DNA of 64,000 bases, taken from Eledone cirrhosa. Taxonomy: Eukaryota. Under the pieces are notes generated by a model. That model did no database searches. It had not been told where the DNA came from and saw only the letters and a program-made list of their open reading frames with translations. Positions 50,500 to 62,971 of the stretch are shown here, piece by piece; position 1 is the stretch's first letter, and each line of letters begins with the position of its first letter. The translations under genes and the position numbers were made by a program. The stretch lies in assembly GCA_964016885.1 (NCBI GenBank), contig OZ024741.1:183582001-183646000 (forward strand). The letters are read 5' to 3'.

Positions 50500-50650
50500 T
50501 TGAAAATCATCGAGGGATTTACGCTGATTACCGGAAGGATGAAAGGCAAAGTTGACCTTGGTAAGATTAGAAATCAGAATGTAAAGAGCTCGAACAGATA
50601 CCTAGATGGCCTGTTATTCGACGTTCTACCAACTTCAGTAATCCACCACC
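50500..50650 (-). mobile_element. Degenerate Nin/Deu-domain SINE
   Basis: ggaaggatgaaaggcaaagttgaccttgg is the reverse complement of the SINE core. Confidence 0.6.
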
Positions 50651-50973
50651 TTATTTGCAATCAGATATTAAATAAAGATCAGTCAATTAAATCCGTAGGG
50701 TTTGTGTTGAAACAAGTTGTGATAGAGTGCTTGAGCAACGATTTAGAAATAGTTTGCTGACAAACCCATTATAATCTCTGGCAGCAAATTGTTAATATGT
50801 GATCAATGGCTAATTGTCTAGATGTCTAGATAAAGATATATTGAGTAGCGCAGCTTCATCTTGAGTAATTGTAATCTAGGTGAAAAAATGAAACTCTCTT
50901 CAAGCAATACTCACGGGAGTTGTCGCAGCTCGGCACTCGCTAAATCGACTAAATACTTGGTAATTAATTATAA

Positions 50974-52115
50974 TGTGTTGTTGTTGTTGCTGGTGTTGTT
51001 GCTGCTGTTTTTTGGTGTAGCTGTTACTGTTGTTGTGGCTGTTGTTGTTGGTGTTGTTGCTCGTGTTGTTGTTGCCGCTGTTTTTTGGTGTAGCTGTTGC
51101 CGTTGTTGTGGGTGTTGTTGTTGTTGGTGTTGTTGCTGGTGTTGTTGCTGCTGTTTTTTGGTATAGCTGTTGCCGTTGTTGTGGCTGTTGTTGTTGTTGG
51201 TGTTGTTGTTGGTGTTATTGTTGTTGCTGTTTTTGGTGTAGCTGTTGCCGTTGTTGTGGGTGTTGTTGTTGTTGGTGTTGTTGCTGGTGTTGTTGCTGCT
51301 GCTTTTTGGTGTAGCTGTTGCCGTTGTTGTGGGTGTTGTTGTTGTTGGTGTTGTTGATGCTGCTGTTTTTTGGTGTAGCTGTTGGCGTTGTTGTGGGTGT
51401 TGTTGCTGTTGTTGTTGTTGCTGGTGTTGTTGTTGCTGCTGTTTTTTGGTGTAGCTGTTGCCGTTGTTGTGGCTGTTGTTGTTGCTGCTGTTTATTGGTG
51501 TAGCTGTTGCCGTTGTTGTGGGTGTTGTTGTTGTTGGTGTTGTTGCTGGTGTTATTGTTGCTGCTGTTTTTTGGTGTAGCTGTTGCCGTTGTTGTGGCTG
51601 TTGTTGTTGGTGTTGTTGCTGGTGTTGTTGTTGCTGTTTTTTGGTGTAGCTGTTACCGTTGGTGTGGGTGTTGTTGTTGTTGGTGTTGTTCCTGGTGTTA
51701 TTGTTGCTATTTTTCGGTGTAGCTGTTGCCGTTGTTGTGGGTGTTGTTGTTGTTGGTGTTGTTGCTGGTGTTATTGTTGCTGCTGTTTTTTGGTGTAGCT
51801 GTTGCGGTTGTTGTGGCTGTTGTTGTTGGTGTTGTTGCTGGTGTTATTGTTGCTGTTTTTTGGTGTAGCTGTTGCCGTTGTTGTGGGTGTTGTTGTTGTT
51901 GGTGTTGTTGCTGGTGTTGTTGTTGCTGCTGTTTTTTTGTGTAGCTGTTGCCGTTGTTGTGGGTGTTGTTGATGTTGTTGTTGTTGGTGTTGTTGCTGTT
52001 GTTGTTGCTGCTGTTTTTTGGTGTAGCTGTTGTCGTTGTTGTGGCTGTTGTTGTTGGTGTTGTTGCTGGTGTTGTTGTTGCTGTTTTTTGGTGTAGCTGT
52101 TGCCGTTGTTGTGGC

Positions 52116-52150
<35 letters not shown>

Positions 52151-55100
52151 TTGCTGCTGTTTTTTGGTGTAGCTGTTGCCGTTGTTGTGGGTGTTGTTGT
52201 TGTTGTTGTTGTTGTAGCTGGTGTTGTTGTTGCTGCTGTTTTTTGGTGTAGCTGTTGCCGTTGTTGTGGGTGTTGTTGTTGATGTCGTTGCTGTTGTTGT
52301 TGTTGCTGCTGTTTTTTGGTGTAGCTGTTGCCGTTGTTGTGGGTGTTGTTGTTGTTGGTGTTGTTGCTGGTGTTATTGTTGTTGCTGTTTTTTGGTGCAG
52401 CTGTTGTCGTTGTTGTGGGTGTTGTTGTTGTTGGTGTTGTTGCTGGTGTTATTGTTGTTGCTGTTTTTTGGTGTAGCTGTTGCCGTTGTTGTGAGTGTTG
52501 TTGTTGGTGTTGTTGTTGCTGCTGTTTTTTGGTGTAGCTGTTGTCGTTGTTGTGGGTGTTGTTGTTGTTGGTGTTGTTCCTGGTGTTATTTGTGCTGCTG
52601 TTTTTTGGTGTAGCTGTTGCCGTTGTTGTGGGTGTTGTTGTTGTTGGTGTTGTTGCTGGTGTTAATGTTGCTGCTGTTTTTTGGTGTAGCTGTTGCCGTT
52701 GTTGTGGGTGTTGTTGTTGATGTTGTTGCTGTTGTTGTTGTTGCTGCTGTTTTTTGGTGTAGCTGTTGCCGTTGTTGTGGGTGTTGTTGTTGTTGGTGTT
52801 GTTGCTGGTGTTATTGTTGTTGCTGTTTTTTGGTGCAGCTGTTGTCGTTGTTGTGGGTGTTGTTGTTGTTGGTGTTGTTGCTGGTGTTATTGTTGTTGCT
52901 GTTTTTTGGTGTAGCTGTTGCCGTTGTTGTGGCTGTTGTTGTTGGTGTTGTTGTTGCTGCTGTTTTTTGGTGTAGCTGTTGTCGTTGTTGTGGGTGTTGT
53001 TGTTGTTGGTGTTGTTCCTGGTGTTATTTGTGCTGCTGTTTTTTGGTGTAGCTGTTGCCGTTGTTGTGGGTGTTGTTGTTGTTGGTGTTGTTGCTGGTGT
53101 TAATGTTGCTGCTGTTTTTTGGTGTAGCTGTTGCCGTTGTTGTGGGTGTTGTTGCTGTTGTTGTTATTGCTGGTGTTATTGTTGCTGCTGTTTTTTGGTG
53201 TAGCTGTTGCCGTTGTTGTGGGTGTTGTTGTTGTTGGTGTTGTTGGTGGTGTTAATGTTGCTGCTGTTTTTTGGTGTAGCTGTTGCCGTTGTTGTGGGTG
53301 TTGTTGCTGTTGTTGTTATTGCTGGTGTTATTGTTGCTGCTGTTTTTTGGTGTAGCTGTTGCCGTTGTTGTGGGTGTTGTTGTTGTTGTTGTTGTAGCTG
53401 GTGTTGTTGTTGCTGCTGTTTTTTGGTGTAGCTGTTGCCGTTGTTGTGGGTGTTGTTGTTGGTGTTGTTGCTGGTGTTATTGTTGCTGCTGTTTTTTGGT
53501 GTAGCTGTTGCCGTTGTTGTGGGTGTTGTTGTTGTTGATGTTGTTGCTGTTGTTGTTGTTGCTGCTGTTTTTTGGTGTAGCTGTTGTCGTTGTTGTAGCT
53601 GTTGGTGTTGTTGTTGCTGGTGTTGTTGCTGCTGTTTTTTGGTGTAGCTGTTGCCGTTGTTGTGGGTGTGTGTTGTTGTTGGTGTTGTTACTGGTGTTGT
53701 TGCTGCTGTTTTTTGGTGTAGCTGTTGCCGTTGTTGTGGGTGTTGTTGCTGTTGTTGGTGTTATTGTTGCTGCTGTTTTTTGGTGTAGCTGTTGCCGTTG
53801 TTGTGGGTGTTGTTGCTGTTGTTGGTGTTATTGTTGCTGCTGTTTTTTGGTGTAGCTGTTGCCGTTGTTGTGGCTTTTGTTGTTGTTGGTGTTGTTGCTG
53901 GTATTATTGTTGCTGCTGTTTTTTGGTGTAGCTGTTGCCGTTGTTGTGGTTGTTGTTGTTGTTGGTGTTGTTGCTGCTGTTGTTGCTGCTGTTTTTTGGT
54001 GTAGCTGTTGCCGTTGTTGTGGGTGTTGTTGTTGTTGGTGTTGTTGCTGTTGTTGTTGTTGCTGCTGTTTTTTGGTGTAGCTGTTGCCGTTGTTGTGGGT
54101 GTTGTTGTTGTTGGTGTTGTTGCTGGTGTTATTGTTGTTGCTGTTTTTTGGTGCAGCTGTTGTCGTTGTTGTGGGTGTTGTTGTTGTTGGTGTTGTTGCT
54201 GGTGTTATTGTTGTTGCTGTTTTTTGGTGTAGCTGTTGCCGTTGTTGTGGCTGTTGTTGTTGGTGTTGTTGTTGCTGCTGTTTTTTGGTGTAGCTGTTGT
54301 CGTTGTTGTGGGTGTTGTTGTTGTTGGTGTTGTTCCTGGTGTTATTTGTGCTGCTGTTTTTTGGTGTAGCTGTTGCCGTTGTTGTGGGTGTTGTTGTTGT
54401 TGGTGTTGTTGCTGGTGTTAATGTTGCTGCTGTTTTTTGGTGTAGCTGTTGCCGTTGTTGTGGGTGTTGTTGCTGTTGTTGTTATTGCTGGTGTTATTGT
54501 TGCTGCTGTTTTTTGGTGTAGCTGTTGCCGTTGTTGTGGGTGTTGTTGTTGTTGGTGTTGTTGGTGGTGTTAATGTTGCTGCTGTTTTTTGGTGTAGCTG
54601 TTGCCGTTGTTGTGGGTGTTGTTGCTGTTGTTGTTATTGCTGGTGTTATTGTTGCTGCTGTTTTTTGGTGTAGCTGTTGCCGTTGTTGTGGGTGTTGTTG
54701 TTGTTGTTGTTGTAGCTGGTGTTGTTGTTGCTGCTGTTTTTTGGTGTAGCTGTTGCCGTTGTTGTGGGTGTTGTTGTTGGTGTTGTTGCTGGTGTTATTG
54801 TTGCTGCTGTTTTTTGGTGTAGCTGTTGCCGTTGTTGTGGGTGTTGTTGTTGTTGATGTTGTTGCTGTTGTTGTTGTTGCTGCTGTTTTTTGGTGTAGCT
54901 GTTGTCGTTGTTGTAGCTGTTGGTGTTGTTGTTGCTGGTGTTGTTGCTGCTGTTTTTTGGTGTAGCTGTTGCCGTTGTTGTGGGTGTGTGTTGTTGTTGG
55001 TGTTGTTACTGGTGTTGTTGCTGCTGTTTTTTGGTGTAGCTGTTGCCGTTGTTGTGGGTGTTGTTGCTGTTGTTGGTGTTATTGTTACTGCTGTTTTTTG

Positions 55101-58019
55101 GTGTAGCTGTTGCTGTTGTTGTGGGTGTTGTTGCTGTTGTTGGTGTTATTGTTGCTGCTGTTTTTTGGTGTAGCTGTTGCCGTTGTTGTGGCTTTTGTTG
55201 TTGTTGGTGTTGTTGCTGGTATTATTGTTGCTGCTGTTTTTTGGTGTAGCTGTTGCCGTTGTTGTGGTTGTTGTTGTTGTTGGTGTTGTTGCTGCTGTTG
55301 TTGCTGCTGTTTTTTGGTGTAGCTGTTGCCGTTGTTGTGGGTGTTGTTGTTGTTGGTGTTGTTGCTGGTGTTGTTGCTGCTGTTTTTTGGTGTAGCTGTT
55401 GCCGTTGTTGTGGGTGTTGTTGTTGTTGGTTTTGTTGCTGCTGTTTTTTGGTGTAGCTGTTGCCGTTGTCGTGGGTGTTGTTGCTGTTGTTGGTGTTATT
55501 GTTGCCGCTGTTTTTTGTTGTAGCTGTTGCCGTTGTTGTGGCTGTTGTTATTGTTGGTGTTGTTGCTGGTATTATTGTTGCTGCTGTTTTTTGGTGTAGC
55601 TGTTGCCGTTGTTGTGGCTGTTGTTGTTGTTGGTGTTGTTGCTGGTATTATTGTTGCTGCTGTTTTTTGGTGTAGCTGTTGCCGTTGTTGTGGGTGTTGT
55701 TGTTGTTGGTGTTGTTGCTGGTGTTAATGTTGCTGCTGTTTTTTGGTGTAGCTGTTGCCGTTGTTGTGGGTGTTGTTGCTGTTGTTGTTATTGCTGGTGT
55801 TATTGTTGCTGCTGTTTTTTGGTGTAGCTGTTGTTGTTGTTGTAGCTGTTGTTGTTGTTGGTGTTGTTGCTGGTGTTATTGTTGCTGCTGTTTTTTGGTG
55901 TAGCTGTTGCCGTTGTTGTGGGTGTTGTTGTTGTTGATGTTGTTGCTGTTGTTGTTGTTGCTGCTGTTTTTTGGTGTAGCTGTTGTCGTTGTTGTAGTTG
56001 TTGGTGTTGTTGTTGCTGCTATTGTTGCTGCTGTTTTTTGGTGTAGCTGTTGCCGTTGTTGTGGGTGTTGTTGTTGTTGGTGTTGTTGCTGGTGTTGTTG
56101 CTGCTGTTTTTTGGTGTAGCTGTTGCCGTTGTTGTGGGTGTTGTTACTGTTGTTGGTGTTATTGTTGCTGCTGTTTTTTGGTGTAGCCGTTGCCGTTGTT
56201 GTGGCTGTTGTTGTTGTTGGTGTTGTTGCTGGTATTATTGTTGCTGCTGTTTTTTGGTGTAGCTGTTGTTGTTTTTGTGGCTGTTGTTGTTATTGGTGTT
56301 GTTGGTGTTATTGTTGCTGCTGTTTTTTGGTGTAGCTGTTGCCGTTGTTGTGGGTGTTGTTGTTGTTGGTGTTGTTGCTGGTGTTAATGTTGCTGCTGTT
56401 TTTTGGTGTAGCTGTTGCCGTTGTTGTGGGTGTTGTTGCTGTTGTTGTTATTGCTGGTGTTATTGTTGCTGCTGTTTTTTGGTGTAGCTGTTGTTGTTGT
56501 TGTAGCTGTTGTTGTTGTTGGTGTTGTTGCTGGTGTTATTGTTGCTGCTGTTTTTTGGTGTAGCTGTTGCCGTTGTTGTGGGTGTTGTTGTTGTTGATGT
56601 TGTTGCTGTTGTTGTTGTTGCTGCTGTTTTTTGGTGTAGCTGTTGTCGTTGTTGTAGTTGTTGGTGTTGTTGTTGCTGCTATTGTTGCTGCTGTTTTTTG
56701 GTGTAGCTGTTGCCGTTGTTGTGGGTGTTGTTGTTGTTGGTGTTGTTGCTGGTGTTGTTGCTGCTGTTTTTTGGTGTAGCTGTTGCCGTTGTTGTGGGTG
56801 TTGTTGCTGTTGTTGGTGTTATTGTTGCTGCTGTTTTTTGGTGTAGCCGTTGCCGTTGTTGTGGCTGTTGTTGTTGTTGGTGTTGTTGCTGGTATTATTG
56901 TTGCTGCTGTTTTTTGGTGTAGCTGTTGTTGTTTTTGTGGCTGTTGTTCTGTTGGTGTTGTTGGTGTTATTGTTGCTGCTGTTTTTTGGTGTAGCTGTTG
57001 TCGTTGTTGTGGCTGTTGTTGTTGTTGGTGTTGTTGCTGGTGTTATTGTTGCTGCTGTTTTTTGGTGTAGCTGTTAGCGTTGTTGTGGCTGTTGTTGTTG
57101 TTGGTTTTGTTGTTGTTGTTATTTTTGCTGTTGTTTTTTGGTGTAGCTGTTGCCGTTGTTGTGGGTGTTGTTGTTGGTGTTGTTGCTGCTGTTGTTGTTG
57201 CTGCTGTTTTTTGGTGTAGCTGTTGTCGTTGTTGTGGGTGTTGTTGTTGTTGGTGTTGTTGTTGTTGGTGTTGTTGCTGGTGTTATTGTCGCTGCTTTCT
57301 TTTGGTGTGGCTGTTGCCGTTGTTCTGGCTGTTGTTGTTGTTGGGTGTTGTTGGTGTTATTGTTGCTGCTCTTTTTTGGTGTAGCTGTTGTCGTTGTTGT
57401 GGGTGTTGTTGTTGTTAGTGTTGTTGCTGGTGTTATTGTTGCTGGTGTTGTTGCTGCTGTTTTGTGGTGTAGCTGTTGTCGTTGTTGTGGGTGTTATTGT
57501 TGTTGGTGTTGTTGATGGTGTTATTGTTGCAGCTGTTTTTTGGTGTAGCTGTTGTCGTTGTTGTGGCTGTTGTTGTTGTTGGTGTTGTTGCTGGTGTTGT
57601 TGTTGCTGCTGTTTTTTGGTGTAGCTGTTGCCGATGTTGTGAGTGTTGTTGTTGTTGTTGTTGTTGCTGGTGTTATTGTTGCTGCTGTTTTTTGGTGTAG
57701 CTGTTGCCGTTGTTGTGGCTGTTGTTGTTGTTGGTGTTGTTGCTGGTGTTATTGTTGATGCTGTTTTTTGGTATAGCTGTTGCCGTTGTTGTGGATGTTG
57801 TTGCTGTTGGTGTTGTTGCTGGTGTTATTGTTGCTGCTGTTTTTTGGTGTAGCTGTTGCCGTTGTTGTGGCTGTTGTTGCTGTTGTAGTTGTTGCTGGTG
57901 TTATTGTTGCTGCTGTTTTTTGGTGTAGCTGTTGCCGTTGTTGTGGCTGTTGTTGTTGTTGGTATTGCTGGTGTTGTTGTTGCTGCTGTTTATTGTTGTA
58001 GCTGTTGCCGTTGTTGTGG

Positions 58020-58054
<35 letters not shown>

Positions 58055-58397
58055 GGTGTAATTGCTGCTGCTGTTTTTTGTTGTAGCTGTTGCCGTTGTT
58101 GTGTCTGTTGTTGTTGTTTGTGTTGTTGTTGGTGTTATTGTTGCTGTTTTTTGGTGTAGTTGTTGCCGTTGTTGTGGCTGTTGTTGTTGTTGGTGTTGTT
58201 GCTGGTGTTGTTGCTGCTGTTTTTTGATGTAGCTGTTGCCCTTGTTGTGGCTGTTGTTGTTGTTGGTGTTGTTGTTGGTGTTATTGTTACTGTTTTTTGG
58301 TGTAGTTGTTGCCGTTGTTGTGGGTGTTGTTGTTGGTGGTGTTGTTGCTGGTGTTGTTGCTGCTGTTTTTTGGTGTAGCTGTTGCCGTTGTTGTGGC

Positions 58398-58464
<67 letters not shown>

Positions 58465-58960
58465 GCTGCTGTTTTTTGGTGTAGCTGTTGTCGTTGTTGT
58501 AGCTGTTGTTGTTGTTGGGGTTGTTGTTGGTATTATTGTTGCTGCTGTTTTTTGGTGTAGCTGTTGCCGTTGTTGTGGCTGTTGTTGCTGGTGTTTTTTT
58601 GTTGTTGTTATTTCTGTTGCTGTTGTTTTTGTTGAAGCCGCTGCTGTTGTTAATGGTGATGTTGTTGTTGTTGTTGTGGCTGTTATTGTTGCTGACGCTG
58701 TGGTTGCTGGTGTTGCTGCTTTTGTTAAAGCTGCTGCTGCTGCTGCTGTTGTAAATGATGATATTGATGTTATTGTTGTTGATGTTGTGGCTGTTACAAC
58801 TATTGATGTTGTTTCTGTCGTTGTTGCTGTTATTGGTGGCGTTGATGAGATATTGTTATCACCGTTGTTACTGTTGCTGTTCTCCTTACCATTCGGGTTG
58901 ATGCTACTATTGCTGTTGTTTTCATTGCTGTTGGTGCTGTCGTTGAAGCTGTTGCTATTG
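50974..58960. repeat. GTT-rich minisatellite, unit about 61-76 bp, approx. 100 units, with 438/660/1318-bp higher-order repeats; degenerate (GTT)n tail 58600-58960
   Basis: Recurring anchor gctgttttttggtgtagctgttgccgttgttgtgg. Identical ORF-track entries recur at offsets of 438, 1318 and 660 bp. Confidence 0.95.
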
Positions 58961-59349
58961 TTCAGCCTCCCTCTGGCCAGTTATGATTTCGCAAACCTAT
59001 GATCAAAGGCGTTCTAGCCTTTCCCACCCTGTCTTATAAAGCATATCTATCTAAGGTTGCATGATATATGTTCTTTATTTAAAAAGAAATGCTGGTAGAA
59101 TGTTGATTGAGCGAGGATGGACTGCTATTTCTAACATTTTCAACAACCACGTAGGATCTTTTTCGTTGGTTTACACTTTTAAGGCGGTAAAGTATTATTT
59201 AAGGGAGACTTAACTGCTATATTTAAGGGAGACTTAACTGCTATTTTTGCAGGTCAAGTGGCACTTTCTGAAAGACAATCTTCGTTGTATGACTATGTTC
59301 GTTTCGCAACTACATTATTTCAGTCCCCAACAGCCCCGGAGACACCAAC

Positions 59350-59530
59350 TAAAGCTATCTTGACTGACGGAGTGGACACCACGAAAGTGGACATGAGCAA
59401 GACGACCAAGAGTGAAATGAAAAATGACTTCGTTCGTCATTTGAGACCCGAGTGACCTAAGCTGGCCTGTGACAGATGTCGCTGGAAGCAGGCCAGGGAG
59501 GGGCTCCTCCACCAGGAGTGATGAAATCGA
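59350..59530 (+). mobile_element. Decayed RTE LINE 3' end
   Basis: Frame LTEWTPRKWT*ARRPRVK*KNDFVRHL..PKLACDRCRWKQAREGLLHQE* matches the RTE C-terminal pattern. Confidence 0.7.
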
Positions 59531-59535
59531 AAAAA

Positions 59536-59569
<34 letters not shown>

Positions 59570-59727
59570 AAAAGGTAACACACCAGAGAGAGATATATAG
59601 TGCGTTATCAATAATACAGGGAAAAAACCACCAGTGTATGGAATCTATAACCTATGAACGGCAGACTATAGACACGATAATTAAAAATGTAAATTAAAGC
59701 GTAAATAAATACCTCTATAACAATATA

Positions 59728-59807
59728 ACACACGTACAAATTCAAAGATATGTTTCACCAAAAATTTGTTGAAAGAAATGGTCTAGTCTCGGTTCATCAG
59801 CGTGTAT
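59728..59807 (-). ncRNA. Type I hammerhead, array unit 1
   Basis: Minus ACACG-CTGATGA-ACCGAGA..TTTTGGT-GAAA-CATATC..TTTG-TA-CGTGT. Stem III is slightly weaker than in the other units. Confidence 0.78.
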
Positions 59808-60267
59808 AAGGCTATACATTTCAGACAACACTAAGAGAATTTTAAAATTGACTGTCCAGCTACACGTGGGAGAGAGAAGTCACAGCGTGTTTAAGGGCAG
59901 TGAACCAGTGGCCTCTGAGGGACGAACTGCTAGAAAGGGCAGCCCAAAGCCACTCAGAGAAGTGTGCTCAACCAAACAGAGATAGGAAAGACTGTTATTA
60001 GGAGCGAAATATCACGATAATTTAACGGAGGCATAGGCCCTTGCTATTCCCTGTAAATAATGTGCTCAAAGGAGAAGAGATCCTGAGCTCTTTAAAATAC
60101 AATATGTTGAAAAGGTAACACACCAGAGAGAGATATATAGTGCGTTATCAATAATACAGGGAAAAAACCATCAGTGTATGGAATCTATAACCTATGAAAG
60201 GCAGACTATAGACACGATAATTAAAAATATAAATTAAAGCGTAAATAAATACCTCTATAACAATATA

Positions 60268-60347
60268 ACACACGTACAAATCCAAAGATATGTTTCACCA
60301 AAAATTTGTTGAAAGAAATGGTCTAGTCTCGGTTCATCAGCGTGTGT
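60268..60347 (-). ncRNA. Type I hammerhead, array unit 2
   Basis: Stem I ACACACG/CGTGTGT; stem II ACCGAGA/TTTTGGT; stem III ACATATC(TTTG)GATTTGT; cleavage triplet GTA. Confidence 0.85.
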
Positions 60348-60807
60348 AAGGCTATACATTTCAGACAACACTAAGAGAATTTTAAAATTGACTGTCCAGC
60401 TACACGTGGGAGAGAGAAGTCACAGCGTGTTTAAGGGCAGTGAACCAGTGGCCTCTGAGGGACGAACTGCTAGAAAGGGCAGCCCAAAGCCACTCAGAGA
60501 AGTGTGCTCAACCAAACAGAGATAGGAAAGACTGTTATTAGGAGCGAAATATCACGATAATTTAACGGAGGCATAGGCCCTTGCTATTCCCTGTAAATAA
60601 TGTGCTCAAAGGAGAAGAGATCCTGAGCTCTTTAAAATACAATATGTTGAAAAGGTAACACACCAGAGAGAGATATATAGTGCGTTATCAATAATACAGG
60701 GAAAAAACCATCAGTGTATGGAATCTATAACCTATGAAAGGCAGACTATAGACACGATAATTAAAAATATAAATTAAAGCGTAAATAAATACCTCTATAA
60801 CAATATA

Positions 60808-60887
60808 ACACACGTACAAATCCAAAGATATGTTTCACCAAAAATTTGTTGAAAGAAATGGTCTAGTCTCGGTTCATCAGCGTGTGT
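60808..60887 (-). ncRNA. Type I hammerhead, array unit 3
   Basis: Identical to unit 2. Confidence 0.85.
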
Positions 60888-61347
60888 AAGGCTATACATT
60901 TCAGACAACACTAAGAGAATTTTAAAATTGACTGTCCAGCTACACGTGGGAGAGAGAAGTCACAGCGTGTTTAAGGGCAGTGAACCAGTGGCCTCTGAGG
61001 GACGAACTGCTAGAAAGGGCAGCCCAAAGCCACTCAGAGAAGTGTGCTCAACCAAACAGAGATAGGAAAGACTGTTATTAGGAGCGAAATATCACGATAA
61101 TTTAACGGAGGCATAGGCCCTTGCTATTCCCTGTAAATAATGTGCTCAAAGGAGAAGAGATCCTGAGCTCTTTAAAATACAATATGTTGAAAAGGTAACA
61201 CACCAGAGAGAGATATATAGTGCGTTATCAATAATACAGGGAAAAAACCATCAGTGTATGGAATCTATAACCTATGAAAGGCAGACTATAGACACGATAA
61301 TTAAAAATATAAATTAAAGCGTAAATAAATACCTCTATAACAATATA

Positions 61348-61427
61348 ACACACGTACAAATCCAAAGATATGTTTCACCAAAAATTTGTTGAAAGAAATG
61401 GTCTAGTCTCGGTTCATCAGCGTGTGT
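61348..61427 (-). ncRNA. Type I hammerhead, array unit 4
   Basis: Identical to unit 2. Confidence 0.85.
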
Positions 61428-61882
61428 AAGGCTATACATTTCAGACAACACTAAGAGAATTTTAAAATTGACTGTCCAGCTACACGTATTATTGATAACG
61501 CACTATATATCTATCTCTCTGGACAGTCAATTTTAAAATTCTCTTAAAATTGTCTGATAAACCGAGACTAGACCATTTCTTTCAACAAATTTTTGGTGAA
61601 ACATATCTTTGGATTTGTACGTGTGTTATATAGTTATAGAGGTATTTATTTATGCTTTAATTTATATTTTTAATTATCGTGTCTATAGTCTGCCTTCCAT
61701 AGGTTATAGATTCCATACACTGATGGTTTTTTCCCTGTATTATTGATAACGCACTATATATCTCTCTCTGGTGTGTTACCTTTTCAACATATTGTATTTT
61801 AAAGAGCTCAGGATCTCTTCTCCTTTGAGTACAGTATTTACAGGAAATAGCGAGAGCATATCCCTCCGTTAATTTATCGTTG

Positions 61883-62312
<430 letters not shown>

Positions 62313-62313
<1 letters not shown>

Positions 62314-62400
62314 AAGGCGCGTGGCTGAGTGGTTAGAGAATTGGATTCGCAATCGGGCGATGCGTTATGTCCTTGAGCAAGACACTTTATTTCACGTCGT
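62313..62400 (+). mobile_element. Degenerate tRNA-derived CORE-type SINE
   Basis: ggcgcgtggctgagtggttag (A box) followed by tgtccttgagcaagacactt, which is CORE-like. Confidence 0.6.
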
Positions 62401-62554
62401 TTCTTCTACCTGGAGTTGCGACCGATAGAATGTATTAGCAATTGGAAAAACCAATGGAAACATTGTTTCCTCGGTCCGATTTGACGAAAGTCAATCGACT
62501 CCTATATATATATATATATATGTAAAATGAATATATATATATATATATATACTC

Positions 62555-62586
<32 letters not shown>

Positions 62587-62740
62587 AAGATATATATATA
62601 TACACACATATTCATTTCTTCCAAGATGGCCGATTGAATACGCACGTGTGATTTTTTTTCTCCCAAATTTCTTTCTCATTTTCCCTGTTTCTTCCTTCCA
62701 TCACTCTTGACTTTCTATTTATCTTCTATTTCTAACTCTA

Positions 62741-62777
62741 TCTTCTGATGAAGGACTAGTGTCTGAAACGTTAAAAC
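62741..62777 (+). ncRNA. Minimal hammerhead, same family as 4147-4183
   Basis: CTGATGA-A-GGAC(TAGT)GTCT-GAAACGTTA, with downstream cttcctgct.tttcaagcgttaa shared with 4188-4210. Confidence 0.6.
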
Positions 62778-62893
62778 TTTCTTCCTGCTATTTCAAGCGT
62801 TAAACTAATATATTTCTTTCATGTACTGTGCTATTGTTTTGTTATTTTGTTATTACTTTTGCATACACCCCCACACACTCATACCCCCACCCG

Positions 62894-62934
<41 letters not shown>

Positions 62935-62971
62935 AATATATATATATAATATATATATAGCCAGTTGTTGA

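Larger units (their letters stand above)
59567..61880 (-). mobile_element. 540-bp tandem array (about 3.6 units) with one hammerhead per unit and an inverted terminal arm; candidate non-LTR retrozyme
   Basis: Units start at 59567, 60107, 60647 and 61187. Inverted partial unit at 61488-61880. (TA)n on both flanks and no long ORF. Confidence 0.85.

Noticed and set aside
50861-59002. Cys-rich metallothionein- or keratin-like peptides on the plus strand of the minisatellite
   Set aside because: The frame rotates every unit and hits TAG about every third unit. The starts are TTG/GTG calls from the ORF finder.
59357-59402. Hammerhead-like CTGACGGA-GTGG(ACA)CCAC-GAAA
   Set aside because: The core has an extra G and no proper UH site, and the sequence is explained as RTE coding sequence (LTEWTPRKW).
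59908-59953. Possible opposite-polarity hammerhead in the 540-bp unit (GTGGC..CTGAGGGA..GAAAGGGCAGCCC..GCCAC)
   Set aside because: No stem II, a non-canonical core and no U16.1, so an ambisense viroid-like arrangement is not supported.
59567-61487. CRISPR-like or 5S/snRNA gene array interpretation of the regular repeats
   Set aside because: Units are identical throughout with no unique spacers, there is no recognisable rRNA, snRNA or tRNA sequence, and the context is eukaryotic.
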